The notes beneath the pieces were generated by a model. It ran no database searches and had not been told where the DNA came from. It saw nothing but the letters and a program-made list of their open reading frames with translations. DNA of 64,000 nucleotides from Bdellovibrionales bacterium. GTDB taxonomy: Bacteria > Bdellovibrionota > Bdellovibrionia > Bdellovibrionales > UBA1609. Position numbers and translations under genes: made by a program. The number at the start of each line of letters is the position of its first letter. The stretch's first letter is position 1. The DNA is taken from NCBI GenBank assembly GCA_027317865.1, contig DAHVQG010000010.1, positions 32,001 through 96,000 on the forward strand, written 5' to 3'. Below, in pieces: positions 52,380 through 62,082 of this stretch.

Positions 52380-53281
52380 AGCAATTTTTTCGCTCGCTTC
52401 AATTTCAACCAATCACCCAATTAACAACTTTGGGTGTATTAGTGAGTAGTTTTGTTTTGCTTTTGAGCGCGGTTTTGGTGCAGCAAAACTTGACTGCACT
52501 TTTATCGCATTGGGGCCGCGAGGTAAAAGTTGACGTCTATCTTAAAAATGGCGCGTCAGACGCGCAAACCGGCGCCCTTAAGAATCTATTTCGAAGATCA
52601 GGTTTATTTTCGAAGATAACGTACTTTTCAAAAGCCCAAGCCGAGGCGAGTTTCAAAAAACGCATGGGGAATTATCTGCCGGGTTTGCTCGATGATTTGG
52701 GTTCGGATAACCCGCTGCCTGCGAGCTTTCAACTTGAAGTTAAAAGCGGGATGGAAACACAATTCGATTACTCAAAACTTGTTCGGTTTGCAGGGATGTT
52801 GAAGAAACACGCGGGTGTGGACGATGTTTCGTACGGCCAGGGCTGGCTTAAAAATTACACGTCGGTCCTGCACGTGTTTTCTATTTCGATAATCGCGGTT
52901 TTGTTCGTTATGCTTACCGGGAGCCTTTTTGTGATTGGCAATTCCATCGGGAGTTCGATCATGCAAAGGCGAGACGAAATTGAGATTTTGGAATTGTTTG
53001 GCGCCACAAGCGAAATGATCATCAAGCCCTATGTGGTTGAAGGATTAATTCTAGGGTTTGTGTCTGTCGTTTTTGCGATCATTGTAACTTATTTTTTATA
53101 TTCTTGGCAGGTCCGCATGATCAATCACAGTATGACGTTCTGGAGTCTGCCGTCGACATTCGAATTTTTATCTTGGCCAAGAATCGCATTCGCCATAGTT
53201 ATCGGAACTTCTCTGGGCGGTTTGGGCGCATTTGTATGGACGCGAAAGGTGACAACGGGATGGTCCGCCGCCGAATCATAA
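52376..53281 (+). CDS. ftsX: Cell division permease FtsX
   Basis: NPLPAS, RRDEIEI..LFGA..I.KP and four TMs. Confidence 0.92.
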   Translation: MKQFFRSLQFQPITQLTTLGVLVSSFVLLLSAVLVQQNLTALLSHWGREVKVDVYLKNGASDAQTGALKNLFRRSGLFSKITYFSKAQAEASFKKRMGNYLPGLLDDLGSDNPLPASFQLEVKSGMETQFDYSKLVRFAGMLKKHAGVDDVSYGQGWLKNYTSVLHVFSISIIAVLFVMLTGSLFVIGNSIGSSIMQRRDEIEILELFGATSEMIIKPYVVEGLILGFVSVVFAIIVTYFLYSWQVRMINHSMTFWSLPSTFEFLSWPRIAFAIVIGTSLGGLGAFVWTRKVTTGWSAAES

Positions 53282-54345
53282 AAATATTAAGTCTGTTATT
53301 TTTCGCAGTCGGACCTCTCGCGCATGCGTCGACTCTTGCCCAAAAATTTATCGATACTGACAAAAAGATGCAAAAGCTCGATTTGGGTAGCGAAAAGGTA
53401 ATGGGTGAGCTTTACAAAATTGATTACACAATGAACCGGACGAGCAAGATGCGTGACCGATTTAGCCGGGAGCTTGCGTCCGTGCAAAATCAAGCCGCAG
53501 GTTTGGCCCTGTCAATCGTACGGCTTGAGCGGCGGATAAAAAAGCAAAAGCATCAGCTTTCGATACGATTGCGGGCCATGTATATGATTAGTAACGAGGG
53601 CGTCGTGCGAGCCATTTTCTCGTCAACAAGCGCGCTCGAGCTCGATCAAGATCTTAAATACTTGAAATTGATCAGCGAGCACGACCTCAAACTCATTGCG
53701 AATTTTCATCGTAACATGGCGGACTTGTCGAGAAAAAGAGTGCAGTTGGATAATTTAGCGGCGCATTTGCTACGCGTTCGGCACCGGCTTAAAATAGAAG
53801 TGAACCAACTTGCGCAGAGCCAGAACGAGAAGTCATCTATACTTAAAAAGTTGTCACGGGCTGAAGCTTCTGCGTTAAAAAAATTCGCGGAATTACGCGC
53901 GCGGGCCGGCAATCCGCAGCTTGCTAATCTTATTAATCTGAATTTTTTTGAACACAAGGGCGAACTGCCGTGGCCAGTGAATGCTCCGGTGTCAGAGGGG
54001 TACGGTTACATTAAACCGCGGCACTATAATTTTGTGCTTGAGCATAAGGGGTATGATTTTTATTTAAAGAGCCCCACGAAAGTGAGGAGCATTTTTTCTG
54101 GACGAGTGGCGTTTCTTGGCCGGCTGCCGGGTTATGAAAGGGTTGTCATATTGAATCATGGCGATCATTTTTACTCGGTTTATGCAAAGCTGAATAAGAC
54201 GATGGTGAAAGCCGGGCAAAAAGTTACCAAAGGTCAAGTCTTAGCGCTGGCCGATCATGACCTCTATTTTGAAATTCGTCACTTTTCGGATGCGATAAAC
54301 CCAAAACCGTGGCTCAATAAAAGAACAATGCGAGGTCAGCTATGA
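53260..54345 (+). CDS. envC: EnvC-like murein hydrolase activator (coiled coil plus degenerate M23)
   Basis: Signal peptide, coiled coil, LPWPV and LYFEIR; follows ftsX. Confidence 0.85.
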   Translation: MVRRRIIKILSLLFFAVGPLAHASTLAQKFIDTDKKMQKLDLGSEKVMGELYKIDYTMNRTSKMRDRFSRELASVQNQAAGLALSIVRLERRIKKQKHQLSIRLRAMYMISNEGVVRAIFSSTSALELDQDLKYLKLISEHDLKLIANFHRNMADLSRKRVQLDNLAAHLLRVRHRLKIEVNQLAQSQNEKSSILKKLSRAEASALKKFAELRARAGNPQLANLINLNFFEHKGELPWPVNAPVSEGYGYIKPRHYNFVLEHKGYDFYLKSPTKVRSIFSGRVAFLGRLPGYERVVILNHGDHFYSVYAKLNKTMVKAGQKVTKGQVLALADHDLYFEIRHFSDAINPKPWLNKRTMRGQL

Positions 54346-55688
54346 AGCAAAGCGTTTGGATCAAGGCGGTTGTTCTGTGTCTCATCGTTGCAGTGACAAC
54401 GGTTTTGTTTTCAATTACGCCATGGGGATCGGCTCAGGCTCAAGCCGAAGATCACAATTACAAAGACATTCAACTGTTCGCAAAAGTGCTAAGTCTTGTT
54501 CAGCGCTATTACGTTGATAAGGTCAACACGAAGAAATTAATTTACGGAGCAATCGATGGGATGTTGACTGAGCTTGATCCGCACACGAATTTTTTGCCGC
54601 CAGAAATTTTCAAAGAATTCGAACACGAAACATCGGGTCAGTTTGGCGGTCTTGGAATTGAAATGACGGTTCGAGGTGGAGTTTTGACCGTTATTGCGCC
54701 TATTGAAGATACTCCGGCGTATAAGGCGGGGATTAAAGCTGGCGACAAAATTGTGAGTATCGACGGCAAATCGACAAAAGGCATGAGTCTTGTGGACGCA
54801 GCCGAAGCGATGAAGGGCCCTTATGGAACTAAAGTCGTTTTGGGCGTTTATCGTCACGGGTTTACGGTTCCGAAAGACTTTTTTGTTCGCCGGGGTATCG
54901 TTAGAATTCATTCTGTCAAATATGTCGATATGGGCGACGGTTACGCCTACATCCGTCTTACAAGTTTCATTGAAAATTCAGCACGCGACATGCGCCGCGC
55001 GCTTCTTGCGCATATTGCGCGTCATCACGGGATTAAAGGTTTGATACTCGATTTGCGCGGTAACCCGGGCGGACTTTTGTCTCAAGCCGTGGCGATCAGC
55101 AATCTTTTTATCAAGAAAGGAGTAATCGTTTCGACAATTGGACGTAATCGCGCCAAAAAAGATGTCATGTATGCTAATCCCAAAGATGCGCTCCCAGAGA
55201 AATTTCCGATGATTGTTCTTATCAACGGATCAACGGCAAGTGCTGCTGAAATTACAGCCGGAGCGCTTCAAGATCACCACCGTGCTTTGATCATGGGGCA
55301 ACGTAGTTTTGGCAAAGGCTCAGTGCAAACTGTAGTTAAACTTGGCGGCGGGGCCGGATTGAAATTAACGGTGGCTCGATACTACACTCCAAACGGTCAT
55401 TCCATTCAAGATGAAGGGATCATGCCGGATGTGATCGTGCCCGATTTGAATACAAAGGTTTTGCGAAAAGCAATAAGTAAAATTCCGGTGGAGCGCGAAG
55501 CCGACATGGAAGGGCATTTGCTCAATCAAGACAAAACGCACCCCTTCATTCTCATGCATTTGTTTTGGGACGAGAATAATTCACAAAAGATGAACCATTC
55601 GCCGCTGGCAAAAATGTTGCGAAACGATTTTCAGCTTTTACAGGCTTACAATTATTTGCGCAGTTGGCACGTCATTAAGTCGTTTTGA
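54342..55688 (+). CDS. ctpA: S41 carboxyl-terminal processing protease
   Basis: PDZ domain, DLRGNPGG, TASAAE and FGKGSVQ. Confidence 0.93.
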   Translation: MKQSVWIKAVVLCLIVAVTTVLFSITPWGSAQAQAEDHNYKDIQLFAKVLSLVQRYYVDKVNTKKLIYGAIDGMLTELDPHTNFLPPEIFKEFEHETSGQFGGLGIEMTVRGGVLTVIAPIEDTPAYKAGIKAGDKIVSIDGKSTKGMSLVDAAEAMKGPYGTKVVLGVYRHGFTVPKDFFVRRGIVRIHSVKYVDMGDGYAYIRLTSFIENSARDMRRALLAHIARHHGIKGLILDLRGNPGGLLSQAVAISNLFIKKGVIVSTIGRNRAKKDVMYANPKDALPEKFPMIVLINGSTASAAEITAGALQDHHRALIMGQRSFGKGSVQTVVKLGGGAGLKLTVARYYTPNGHSIQDEGIMPDVIVPDLNTKVLRKAISKIPVEREADMEGHLLNQDKTHPFILMHLFWDENNSQKMNHSPLAKMLRNDFQLLQAYNYLRSWHVIKSF

Positions 55689-56991
55689 CCGCAGCGGCCG
55701 GACTCACTTCGTGGACGTCCGCTTTTTCAAGCAAGAAATTCACGACCTTTTCTTCGGTGATTTGATACATGAGGCGGTTCAAGTGATTGCTGTCTTCAAA
55801 ATAGTATTTCCGCAGTTTTGCGATCTCAAGTCCCGTCTGTTTCGACCAGCGTTCAAGTTTGATATCAATGTCTGCTCTAGAGGCTTGCAGTCCGTGCTTT
55901 TCGGCAATGGCATCGACGAGAAGACTTGAGCGAATCATAAACTCAGCCATTTCATCAAATTCCTTTTCCCATTTGCGCTTGTACTCTTCGCGTTCGGATT
56001 GCGGCATCCCCTCTTTGGTAAGCCGCTCTTCGGTGTCGGCTAGCAGCGCCTTTTTTTGTTCGGCTTTGAGCGCCGGGGGCACTTCAACCGGATTTTCATT
56101 AACCAATGCATGAAGCACATTGTTTTTGACTTGGTCTTGAATGCGGTGGCTCTCTTCGTGAACGATATCGTCTTCGATTGTTTTTCTAAGATCGGCAACT
56201 GTTGAAACGGGGCCGCCAAGCGACTTCGCAAAATCGTCATTTAACTCGGGCAACTCTTTTCTGAGAAGTGCTTTAACTGTAATGGCAAATTGTACCGGCT
56301 GGCCGGCTAATTCGGCTTTATTGTAGTCGGCAGGGAAGGTCAGATTTAAAGATTTTTGATCACCGGCCCGCGCGCCTATAAGGCCATCTTCAAAACCGGG
56401 AATAAAATTACCGGAACCGAGTTCGAGTTTGTAACTTGACGCTGTGGCGCCTTCGAGGGCCTGACCGTGAACTGTTCCCGCAAAGTCGATTTCAATTGTG
56501 TCGCCCTTTTGGGCCGCACGGTCTTCAAAAATCGGGACAAAAGTCGCGCGGCTTGAGCGGATTTGATCGAGCACGGCATTTATACGTTCTTCTGAAACGT
56601 CGAGCTTTTCTTTATCAACGTGAAGGTTTTCGATCTTTTTTAGTTCGATTTCGGGATGAACATCAAATTCAGCGGTAAATTGAAATGGAACGGCCTCTTC
56701 AAGTTTTTCAAAATTCACCGTCGGTTCGGTAATGGGTTTAAGCGAATGTTCGTTCAGTGCTTGTGAATAAGATTTACGGATCAATTCATTTAAGACATCG
56801 CTTTTGGCGCGATCCGCATACATGTTTTTAATCATGGTTAGCGGCACTTTGCCTTTGCGAAAACCTTTTATGTTGGCGTTTTTTTGAATTCCTTTGTAAA
56901 CTCGGTCAAATGCTGAAGAGACTTGCTCCGCCGGTATCTCAATGGTCAATTTGCGTCCCAGAGAACCTTTTTTTTCAACGGATGTTTTCAT
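55675..56991 (-). CDS. tig: Trigger factor
   Basis: GFRKGKVP and FKBP domain FIPGFE. Confidence 0.96.
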   Translation of the reverse strand: MKTSVEKKGSLGRKLTIEIPAEQVSSAFDRVYKGIQKNANIKGFRKGKVPLTMIKNMYADRAKSDVLNELIRKSYSQALNEHSLKPITEPTVNFEKLEEAVPFQFTAEFDVHPEIELKKIENLHVDKEKLDVSEERINAVLDQIRSSRATFVPIFEDRAAQKGDTIEIDFAGTVHGQALEGATASSYKLELGSGNFIPGFEDGLIGARAGDQKSLNLTFPADYNKAELAGQPVQFAITVKALLRKELPELNDDFAKSLGGPVSTVADLRKTIEDDIVHEESHRIQDQVKNNVLHALVNENPVEVPPALKAEQKKALLADTEERLTKEGMPQSEREEYKRKWEKEFDEMAEFMIRSSLLVDAIAEKHGLQASRADIDIKLERWSKQTGLEIAKLRKYYFEDSNHLNRLMYQITEEKVVNFLLEKADVHEVSPAAAVKTT

Positions 56992-57077
56992 ATAATTTCC
57001 TTCCCAGCTTGCGGTATTGTGACAGACACTTATAAATAAGCCATGCTGTGATGACAAGCGTTAAGGTTGGTAAAGGC

Positions 57078-57971
57078 ATGCAGTTTCCAAATGAAGCGCA
57101 GAAAATCACAATGGTAACCGGAAAAGGCGGGGTAGGTAAGTCAACTGTTGCCGCGGGTATTGCCGAAGTTTACGCCAAACGAGGCCTTAAAACCCTACTT
57201 GTTGAGCTAGGTGAGCATAGCTACTACCAGTATGTTTATCAGACGCCCATCCATTACGAACCAACCCAAATATCAAATAATTTTCATATTTCACTGTGGA
57301 GCGGTGAAAGCGCATTGCGAGAATATGTTTACCATCTGCTAAAAGTGCGAAAGATAGTGGACTTATTTTTCGATAACAAGATTATGCGAACGTTCATCCG
57401 CGCGGCCCCGGCGCTTAAAGAACTCGCGGTTTTAGGTAAAATTACAAGCGGCATACGGCAGTGGGGTCCGCCGCTTGAGTTTGATCGAATCGTCGTCGAT
57501 GCGTTTTCAACAGGACATTTTTTGGCCTTATTGCAAGCGCCGATCGGCATGGCGGACCTCATCGAAAGCGGGCCGATGGGTGAACAGTCGCGCCGCATTC
57601 GAGATGTCATAGAGCGCGCCGATTTATGCCAATACGTGATCGTGACACTCCCCGAGGAATTGCCCGTAAGTGAGGCGATTGAACTAAATGCGGATCTCAA
57701 ATCGCGTTACGGAGTCAATGCTTCAATCATCTGCAATCGCGTATACGAAGCGGGCCTAAACAGGGACGACTTTTTGCAAATTAAAAGATCGGACCCATCG
57801 AACTCGTCAGATGCGTTTGCTGAATTTGTGCTCAATACGATTCAAAGCCAGGCGCGCCAATTAAAGGAGCTTGAGCGGGCACTCAAAGAGTTTCACGTGC
57901 TGCCTCTTGTGTTTTCTGATGCCAGTCAAACGGTGATCGAAATGCTTTCGCAGAAACTAAATTGGGTGTGA
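57078..57971 (+). CDS. ArsA/Get3-like ATPase, subunit A
   Basis: [23 protein letters not shown] and LPEELP. Confidence 0.88.
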   Translation: MQFPNEAQKITMVTGKGGVGKSTVAAGIAEVYAKRGLKTLLVELGEHSYYQYVYQTPIHYEPTQISNNFHISLWSGESALREYVYHLLKVRKIVDLFFDNKIMRTFIRAAPALKELAVLGKITSGIRQWGPPLEFDRIVVDAFSTGHFLALLQAPIGMADLIESGPMGEQSRRIRDVIERADLCQYVIVTLPEELPVSEAIELNADLKSRYGVNASIICNRVYEAGLNRDDFLQIKRSDPSNSSDAFAEFVLNTIQSQARQLKELERALKEFHVLPLVFSDASQTVIEMLSQKLNWV

Positions 57972-57975
57972 ACAC

Positions 57976-59052
57976 GTGATCACAAATCTTTTGCAAGATA
58001 ATAAAATCATAATTTGTGTGGGTAGCGGCGGGGTTGGCAAAACGACTTTAAGCGCGAGTTTTGCCGTTGCCGCTGCAAAAATGGGCCGCCGAGTTTTGGT
58101 CATGACGATTGATCCATCAAGACGGTTAAAAGTGGCTCTGGGGATTGAGTCTCGTGGCTCGGCCACAATCACGCGTGTGCCAAACCAAAATTATCAAGGA
58201 GAAATCTTTGCGCTATTACTGGATGCGGAATCGATTTTTCGCGAATTTATAACCTCTTCGTCAACAGATGCAACTGTTGCAGACCGGTTACTAAAAAATC
58301 GGCTATATAAGGAACTCTCGACGACCCTTAGCGGCTCGCAAGAGTTTACGTCACTTCTACAACTTTCAAAAATTGCAACCGACGAGCGATTTGATTTGAT
58401 TATTTTAGACACCCCTCCCGCGCAACATGCCATTGACTTTCTTGAGGCGCCCGAAAAAATTGGTGCGCTTTTTCAAGATAAAATCGTGCGCTGGTTTATT
58501 GGCGACGAGGCCGGCGGGGGGATCATTCAGCGCCTGATTTCAAGTGGTACGCGCACCGTTTTATCCGCTCTTGAGCGAATTACAGGCAGCGGGTTTATGC
58601 GTGAGCTTAACGACTTTTTCGCAAGCGTGCGCACTGTGCAGGCGCGAATTGGCCAGAAAACTCAGATGGTACAAGAGCTGCTTCATTCAAAAACCACGGC
58701 GTTTGTTCTTGTGACGGGCTTTAATGAAGCTAAGCTCCACGAAGCTGAGGAGCTCAATACTTATTTGCGTTCATCAGGGTTTCGCTTGGAGCTGACCGTA
58801 ATCAACCGCGCTTTTGTCGAAATCTTAGGCGGTTTGGGTGAGCCAGAAAACGAAAAATTAGCTATTGAATATAAAAAATGGCGGGATTATCACGCGGGGC
58901 GAGAGAAGCTTTATCTGGAATATGTGGAAAAATGGCGGCAAAATTTAACAGTTATTCGCATTCCTGACCTGAATAGAGAAATGTCAGGGCTTTCGAGTTT
59001 GGAGGTCATTGCCGATGAATTGGTTGAAGCCGCTCGCGTTCATAATAAGTAG
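57976..59052 (+). CDS. ArsA/Get3-like ATPase, subunit B
   Basis: GSGGVGKTT, TIDPSRRL, SGSQE and DTPP. Confidence 0.88.
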   Translation: MITNLLQDNKIIICVGSGGVGKTTLSASFAVAAAKMGRRVLVMTIDPSRRLKVALGIESRGSATITRVPNQNYQGEIFALLLDAESIFREFITSSSTDATVADRLLKNRLYKELSTTLSGSQEFTSLLQLSKIATDERFDLIILDTPPAQHAIDFLEAPEKIGALFQDKIVRWFIGDEAGGGIIQRLISSGTRTVLSALERITGSGFMRELNDFFASVRTVQARIGQKTQMVQELLHSKTTAFVLVTGFNEAKLHEAEELNTYLRSSGFRLELTVINRAFVEILGGLGEPENEKLAIEYKKWRDYHAGREKLYLEYVEKWRQNLTVIRIPDLNREMSGLSSLEVIADELVEAARVHNK

Positions 59053-60169
59053 TTTGTTTCTATTTAGTTGTGCTCATATGCAAGGAACCGGCTACTACAA
59101 ATCATATCGAGATCATCAGCAAGAAATGGTTCAGAAATTCAGCGCTGCAAATCAACTTCTTGGCGAAGGTGATTATCTCGAGGCGGCGCGCGCATTTGAC
59201 GGCATTACGTTAAGCGCGCCCATTAACCAGCTTGACCTAATTGTGATCTATAACGCCGGCCTTTCTTATTACGAGGCGGGTGAGTGCAAGATCGCAAGCG
59301 AACGGTTACGAAGAGTTGTAAGGCTCTCACGAAATGTGGCCCCGCAAATTGAGGGGCGAGCCCTCATTCAATTGGCCGATATCTATACGTGCCTTGGGCA
59401 AGATTCAATGGCGATTCCGACCTTGATCGAAGCCGCACAAGGGAATTTTAATTTTCCGCCGGATGTGACATTGGCTGAAATCCCCGCCCGGTTAGCTGCG
59501 GCGTACGCGCGCATAGGCAATCGTCGTGTGGCCCGGCATTATTATGCAATTGCTGAACAGGGTTTGGGTCAAATTTACAACTCGATCGAATCAGATCGTG
59601 ATCGAGCTAAATATATCGCTCAAATTCTATTGGGGATGGGCAATATGCAAGAGCTTAACCCGCGAACGATGACGGGAGAGCAGTATATCGCGAGTCTTCG
59701 CGCGCTACAGAAATATCTTTTTAAAGTTGTCGAGTTGGATGTTCGAAATTCGTCGCAATCGGCCGCCAATCAAATTATCAACGCGTATAACGGCGTCTGG
59801 TATTATATCGACAAAGTAAATAAAAAAAGGTTGAACGATTTGGCCAGGCGGCGAATTGCGCGGCGCAAACTACAGTTGGCCGAACTTGCCGTGCAAGCAT
59901 TGAGAGATCTTAACCGGCAACACATTCCGGACCCCGATGATCCGCCGATCGTGACTCAGTTTTTGCGGCAGATGAGCCAACGCAAACTTGAGTTTCGCAA
60001 CTACATTGCCACAAATATTGTGGGTACGAATTTGACGCGAGAAGCACTGCGTGCGCAAGGTTTAAAGCGGGGCGGTCGCGTGCTTAATCCAAACCCGATT
60101 TTGGAGCAAAAGGCTCTCGCAAGAATGCGAAATGTGATGCAGAAAAAGAGAGCGGCATCGCATCCATGA
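59015..60169 (+). CDS. TPR-repeat lipoprotein
   Basis: LFSC lipobox-like motif and helical TPR-like repeats. Confidence 0.7.
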   Translation: MNWLKPLAFIISSLFLFSCAHMQGTGYYKSYRDHQQEMVQKFSAANQLLGEGDYLEAARAFDGITLSAPINQLDLIVIYNAGLSYYEAGECKIASERLRRVVRLSRNVAPQIEGRALIQLADIYTCLGQDSMAIPTLIEAAQGNFNFPPDVTLAEIPARLAAAYARIGNRRVARHYYAIAEQGLGQIYNSIESDRDRAKYIAQILLGMGNMQELNPRTMTGEQYIASLRALQKYLFKVVELDVRNSSQSAANQIINAYNGVWYYIDKVNKKRLNDLARRRIARRKLQLAELAVQALRDLNRQHIPDPDDPPIVTQFLRQMSQRKLEFRNYIATNIVGTNLTREALRAQGLKRGGRVLNPNPILEQKALARMRNVMQKKRAASHP

Positions 60170-60831
60170 TTCGGCGGTTTTGGCTCGGCTTTACCTTTGT
60201 GTTTGCTGGTTTTAAACAGTTTCGCGAACGGCCGGGTCTGAAAAGGTGGGTCATACTGCCGCTTATTCTTGACCTGCTAATTTTTATTCTAGGTATTTAT
60301 CTCGGGACGAAATACATTCACGGCCTGCTTCTGCGAATTTTATATTTCATTTTCTATTTATTTTTTGTTTATGTGTCGGCGTCTATAATCGGCTCTCCGT
60401 TTTATAGGATTCTCGCGTCAAAAACTCTCGATCAACTTGGATATACACGCGACTATAAAGACTTAAACTCGCGCTTAGCCCACTCAAGCCGAATGATGAT
60501 TGCGTCGTTTGGGCGCGCGGCGATTCTAATTTCTTGCTCCGCAATATTATTTATTTTGTCATTTGTGCCGGTGCTCAATTTTTTAGCTGCTTTTGTTGGC
60601 TTTGTGCTGATTGCGTTTGATTTGACTGATTACACATTTGCGTTGAAAGGTTACCACTTGGTTAAACGGTTTCGATTTTTGCTCCAGGCATGGGCTGAAT
60701 ATTTTGGGATGGCTGTTTTCATCGGCTTGACAGCGTTCATCCCAGGCCTCATCGTCTTGTGCATGCCGTTTGGGATTGTTGGCGCAACAATTGTCGCACA
60801 CAAAGCGAGCGGCTCGGCAGCAAGTTCTTAG
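60166..60831 (+). CDS. EI24/CysZ-like membrane protein
   Basis: IIGSPFY..L, FVPVLN and P...VGAT; multiple TMs. Confidence 0.75.
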   Translation: MIRRFWLGFTFVFAGFKQFRERPGLKRWVILPLILDLLIFILGIYLGTKYIHGLLLRILYFIFYLFFVYVSASIIGSPFYRILASKTLDQLGYTRDYKDLNSRLAHSSRMMIASFGRAAILISCSAILFILSFVPVLNFLAAFVGFVLIAFDLTDYTFALKGYHLVKRFRFLLQAWAEYFGMAVFIGLTAFIPGLIVLCMPFGIVGATIVAHKASGSAASS

Positions 60832-60840
60832 CGGGGTAAC

Positions 60841-62082
60841 GTGTACATTCAGGATGAGATTCATAATAAAATTGTCGAAAACTGTTCCCGCGTAACGGAG
60901 TGGTATCACGAGCGCGCAAAGGGTTTAGAATTTCCGGTTTACGCGAGTTTTGACGTGCGGGATTCTGGCGAAAAAGTTGTGCCTGTGGATGCTAATTTGT
61001 TCCCGGCCGGGTTCAATAATATTTGTCCCACTGACAAAGAGGCGGCTCACGAAATTGTCCGCCGGTATGTCAGTAACCATTATGGGGAAGTTAAAAGCCT
61101 GGCGCTTCTTTGCGAAGAGCATACCGGCAATGTTTTTTATTGGGAAAACATTCGAACGCTTTTAAAAATTTTTGAAGCGGCCGGCTATTCTATTTCGGCC
61201 TGTCTCCCGAGGGAAATGAATCAGCCCGTCACGGTCGCAACATCTTCGGGCGCAAATGTTGTTGTTCATTCAGCAATCAATCGCGACGGTCAGATGTGGG
61301 TAGACAATCAAAAAATTGATCTTGTTATTTGCAACAATGATTTTTCTGTTGATTACGAACAATGGTACGAGGGGATTCGAACTCCGTTTAACCCTCCGCG
61401 CGAGTTGGGATGGTATCGGCGCAAAAAATACAGTTTTTTTCAACAATATAACGTGTTGGTAACTGATTTTGCCAAATTAATAGACATCAATCCGAATTGC
61501 CTGCAGGTGGCCACCGACGTCTTTTCTCCGTTTGATGCGAATGATGTTGATAGCCGCGATCAACTTGCGAAAAAGGTAGATGAGTTTCTGGATCGGATCC
61601 GCGAACAGTATAAAATTCAAGGGATAAAAAGTGAGCCGTTTTGTTTTCTGAAAAACAATTCGGGGACTTATGGATTGGCCGTTATGCAGGCTCGTTCAGG
61701 CGCCGAAATCCAAGATTGGAATAACAAAGTAAGAAAAAAAATGCGCGCCGCTAAGGGCGGTCGCGAGGTGACGGAGCTGATTATTCAAGAGGGTATTCCG
61801 ACTCGTTATCATGAACCCGACGGTGGTGCCGCCGAGCCTTGTATTTATACCGTGGGCGACGATCTCGTGGGCGGATTTCTGCGTTCGCATTCTGAAAAGG
61901 GTCCCGATGAAAGTTTGAATTCACCGGGCGCCGTTTACAAGCGCCTTTGCGTTTCGGATCTACAAATTAAAATTGCAAACTGCCCAATGGAGAATGTTTA
62001 TGGTTGGGTTTCACGATTAGGCGTTCTAGCGATCGCGCTAGAAGCCCAAGCTGGGGATATCAAATTTTATGGATATCGCTGA
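60841..62082 (+). CDS. gshA: Glutamate--cysteine ligase (ATP-grasp GshA type)
   Basis: YASFDVR, PVDANLFPAGFNN, GTYG, QEG, EP and SLN.PG. Confidence 0.85.
   Translation: MYIQDEIHNKIVENCSRVTEWYHERAKGLEFPVYASFDVRDSGEKVVPVDANLFPAGFNNICPTDKEAAHEIVRRYVSNHYGEVKSLALLCEEHTGNVFYWENIRTLLKIFEAAGYSISACLPREMNQPVTVATSSGANVVVHSAINRDGQMWVDNQKIDLVICNNDFSVDYEQWYEGIRTPFNPPRELGWYRRKKYSFFQQYNVLVTDFAKLIDINPNCLQVATDVFSPFDANDVDSRDQLAKKVDEFLDRIREQYKIQGIKSEPFCFLKNNSGTYGLAVMQARSGAEIQDWNNKVRKKMRAAKGGREVTELIIQEGIPTRYHEPDGGAAEPCIYTVGDDLVGGFLRSHSEKGPDESLNSPGAVYKRLCVSDLQIKIANCPMENVYGWVSRLGVLAIALEAQAGDIKFYGYR

Noticed and set aside
53260-54345. Degenerate M23 active site as a novelty
   Set aside because: Loss of the HxH motif is expected for EnvC-type activators.
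57078-59052. Arsenic resistance operon
   Set aside because: No arsB, acr3, arsC, arsR or arsD; these are single-domain Get3/BagAB-like proteins.
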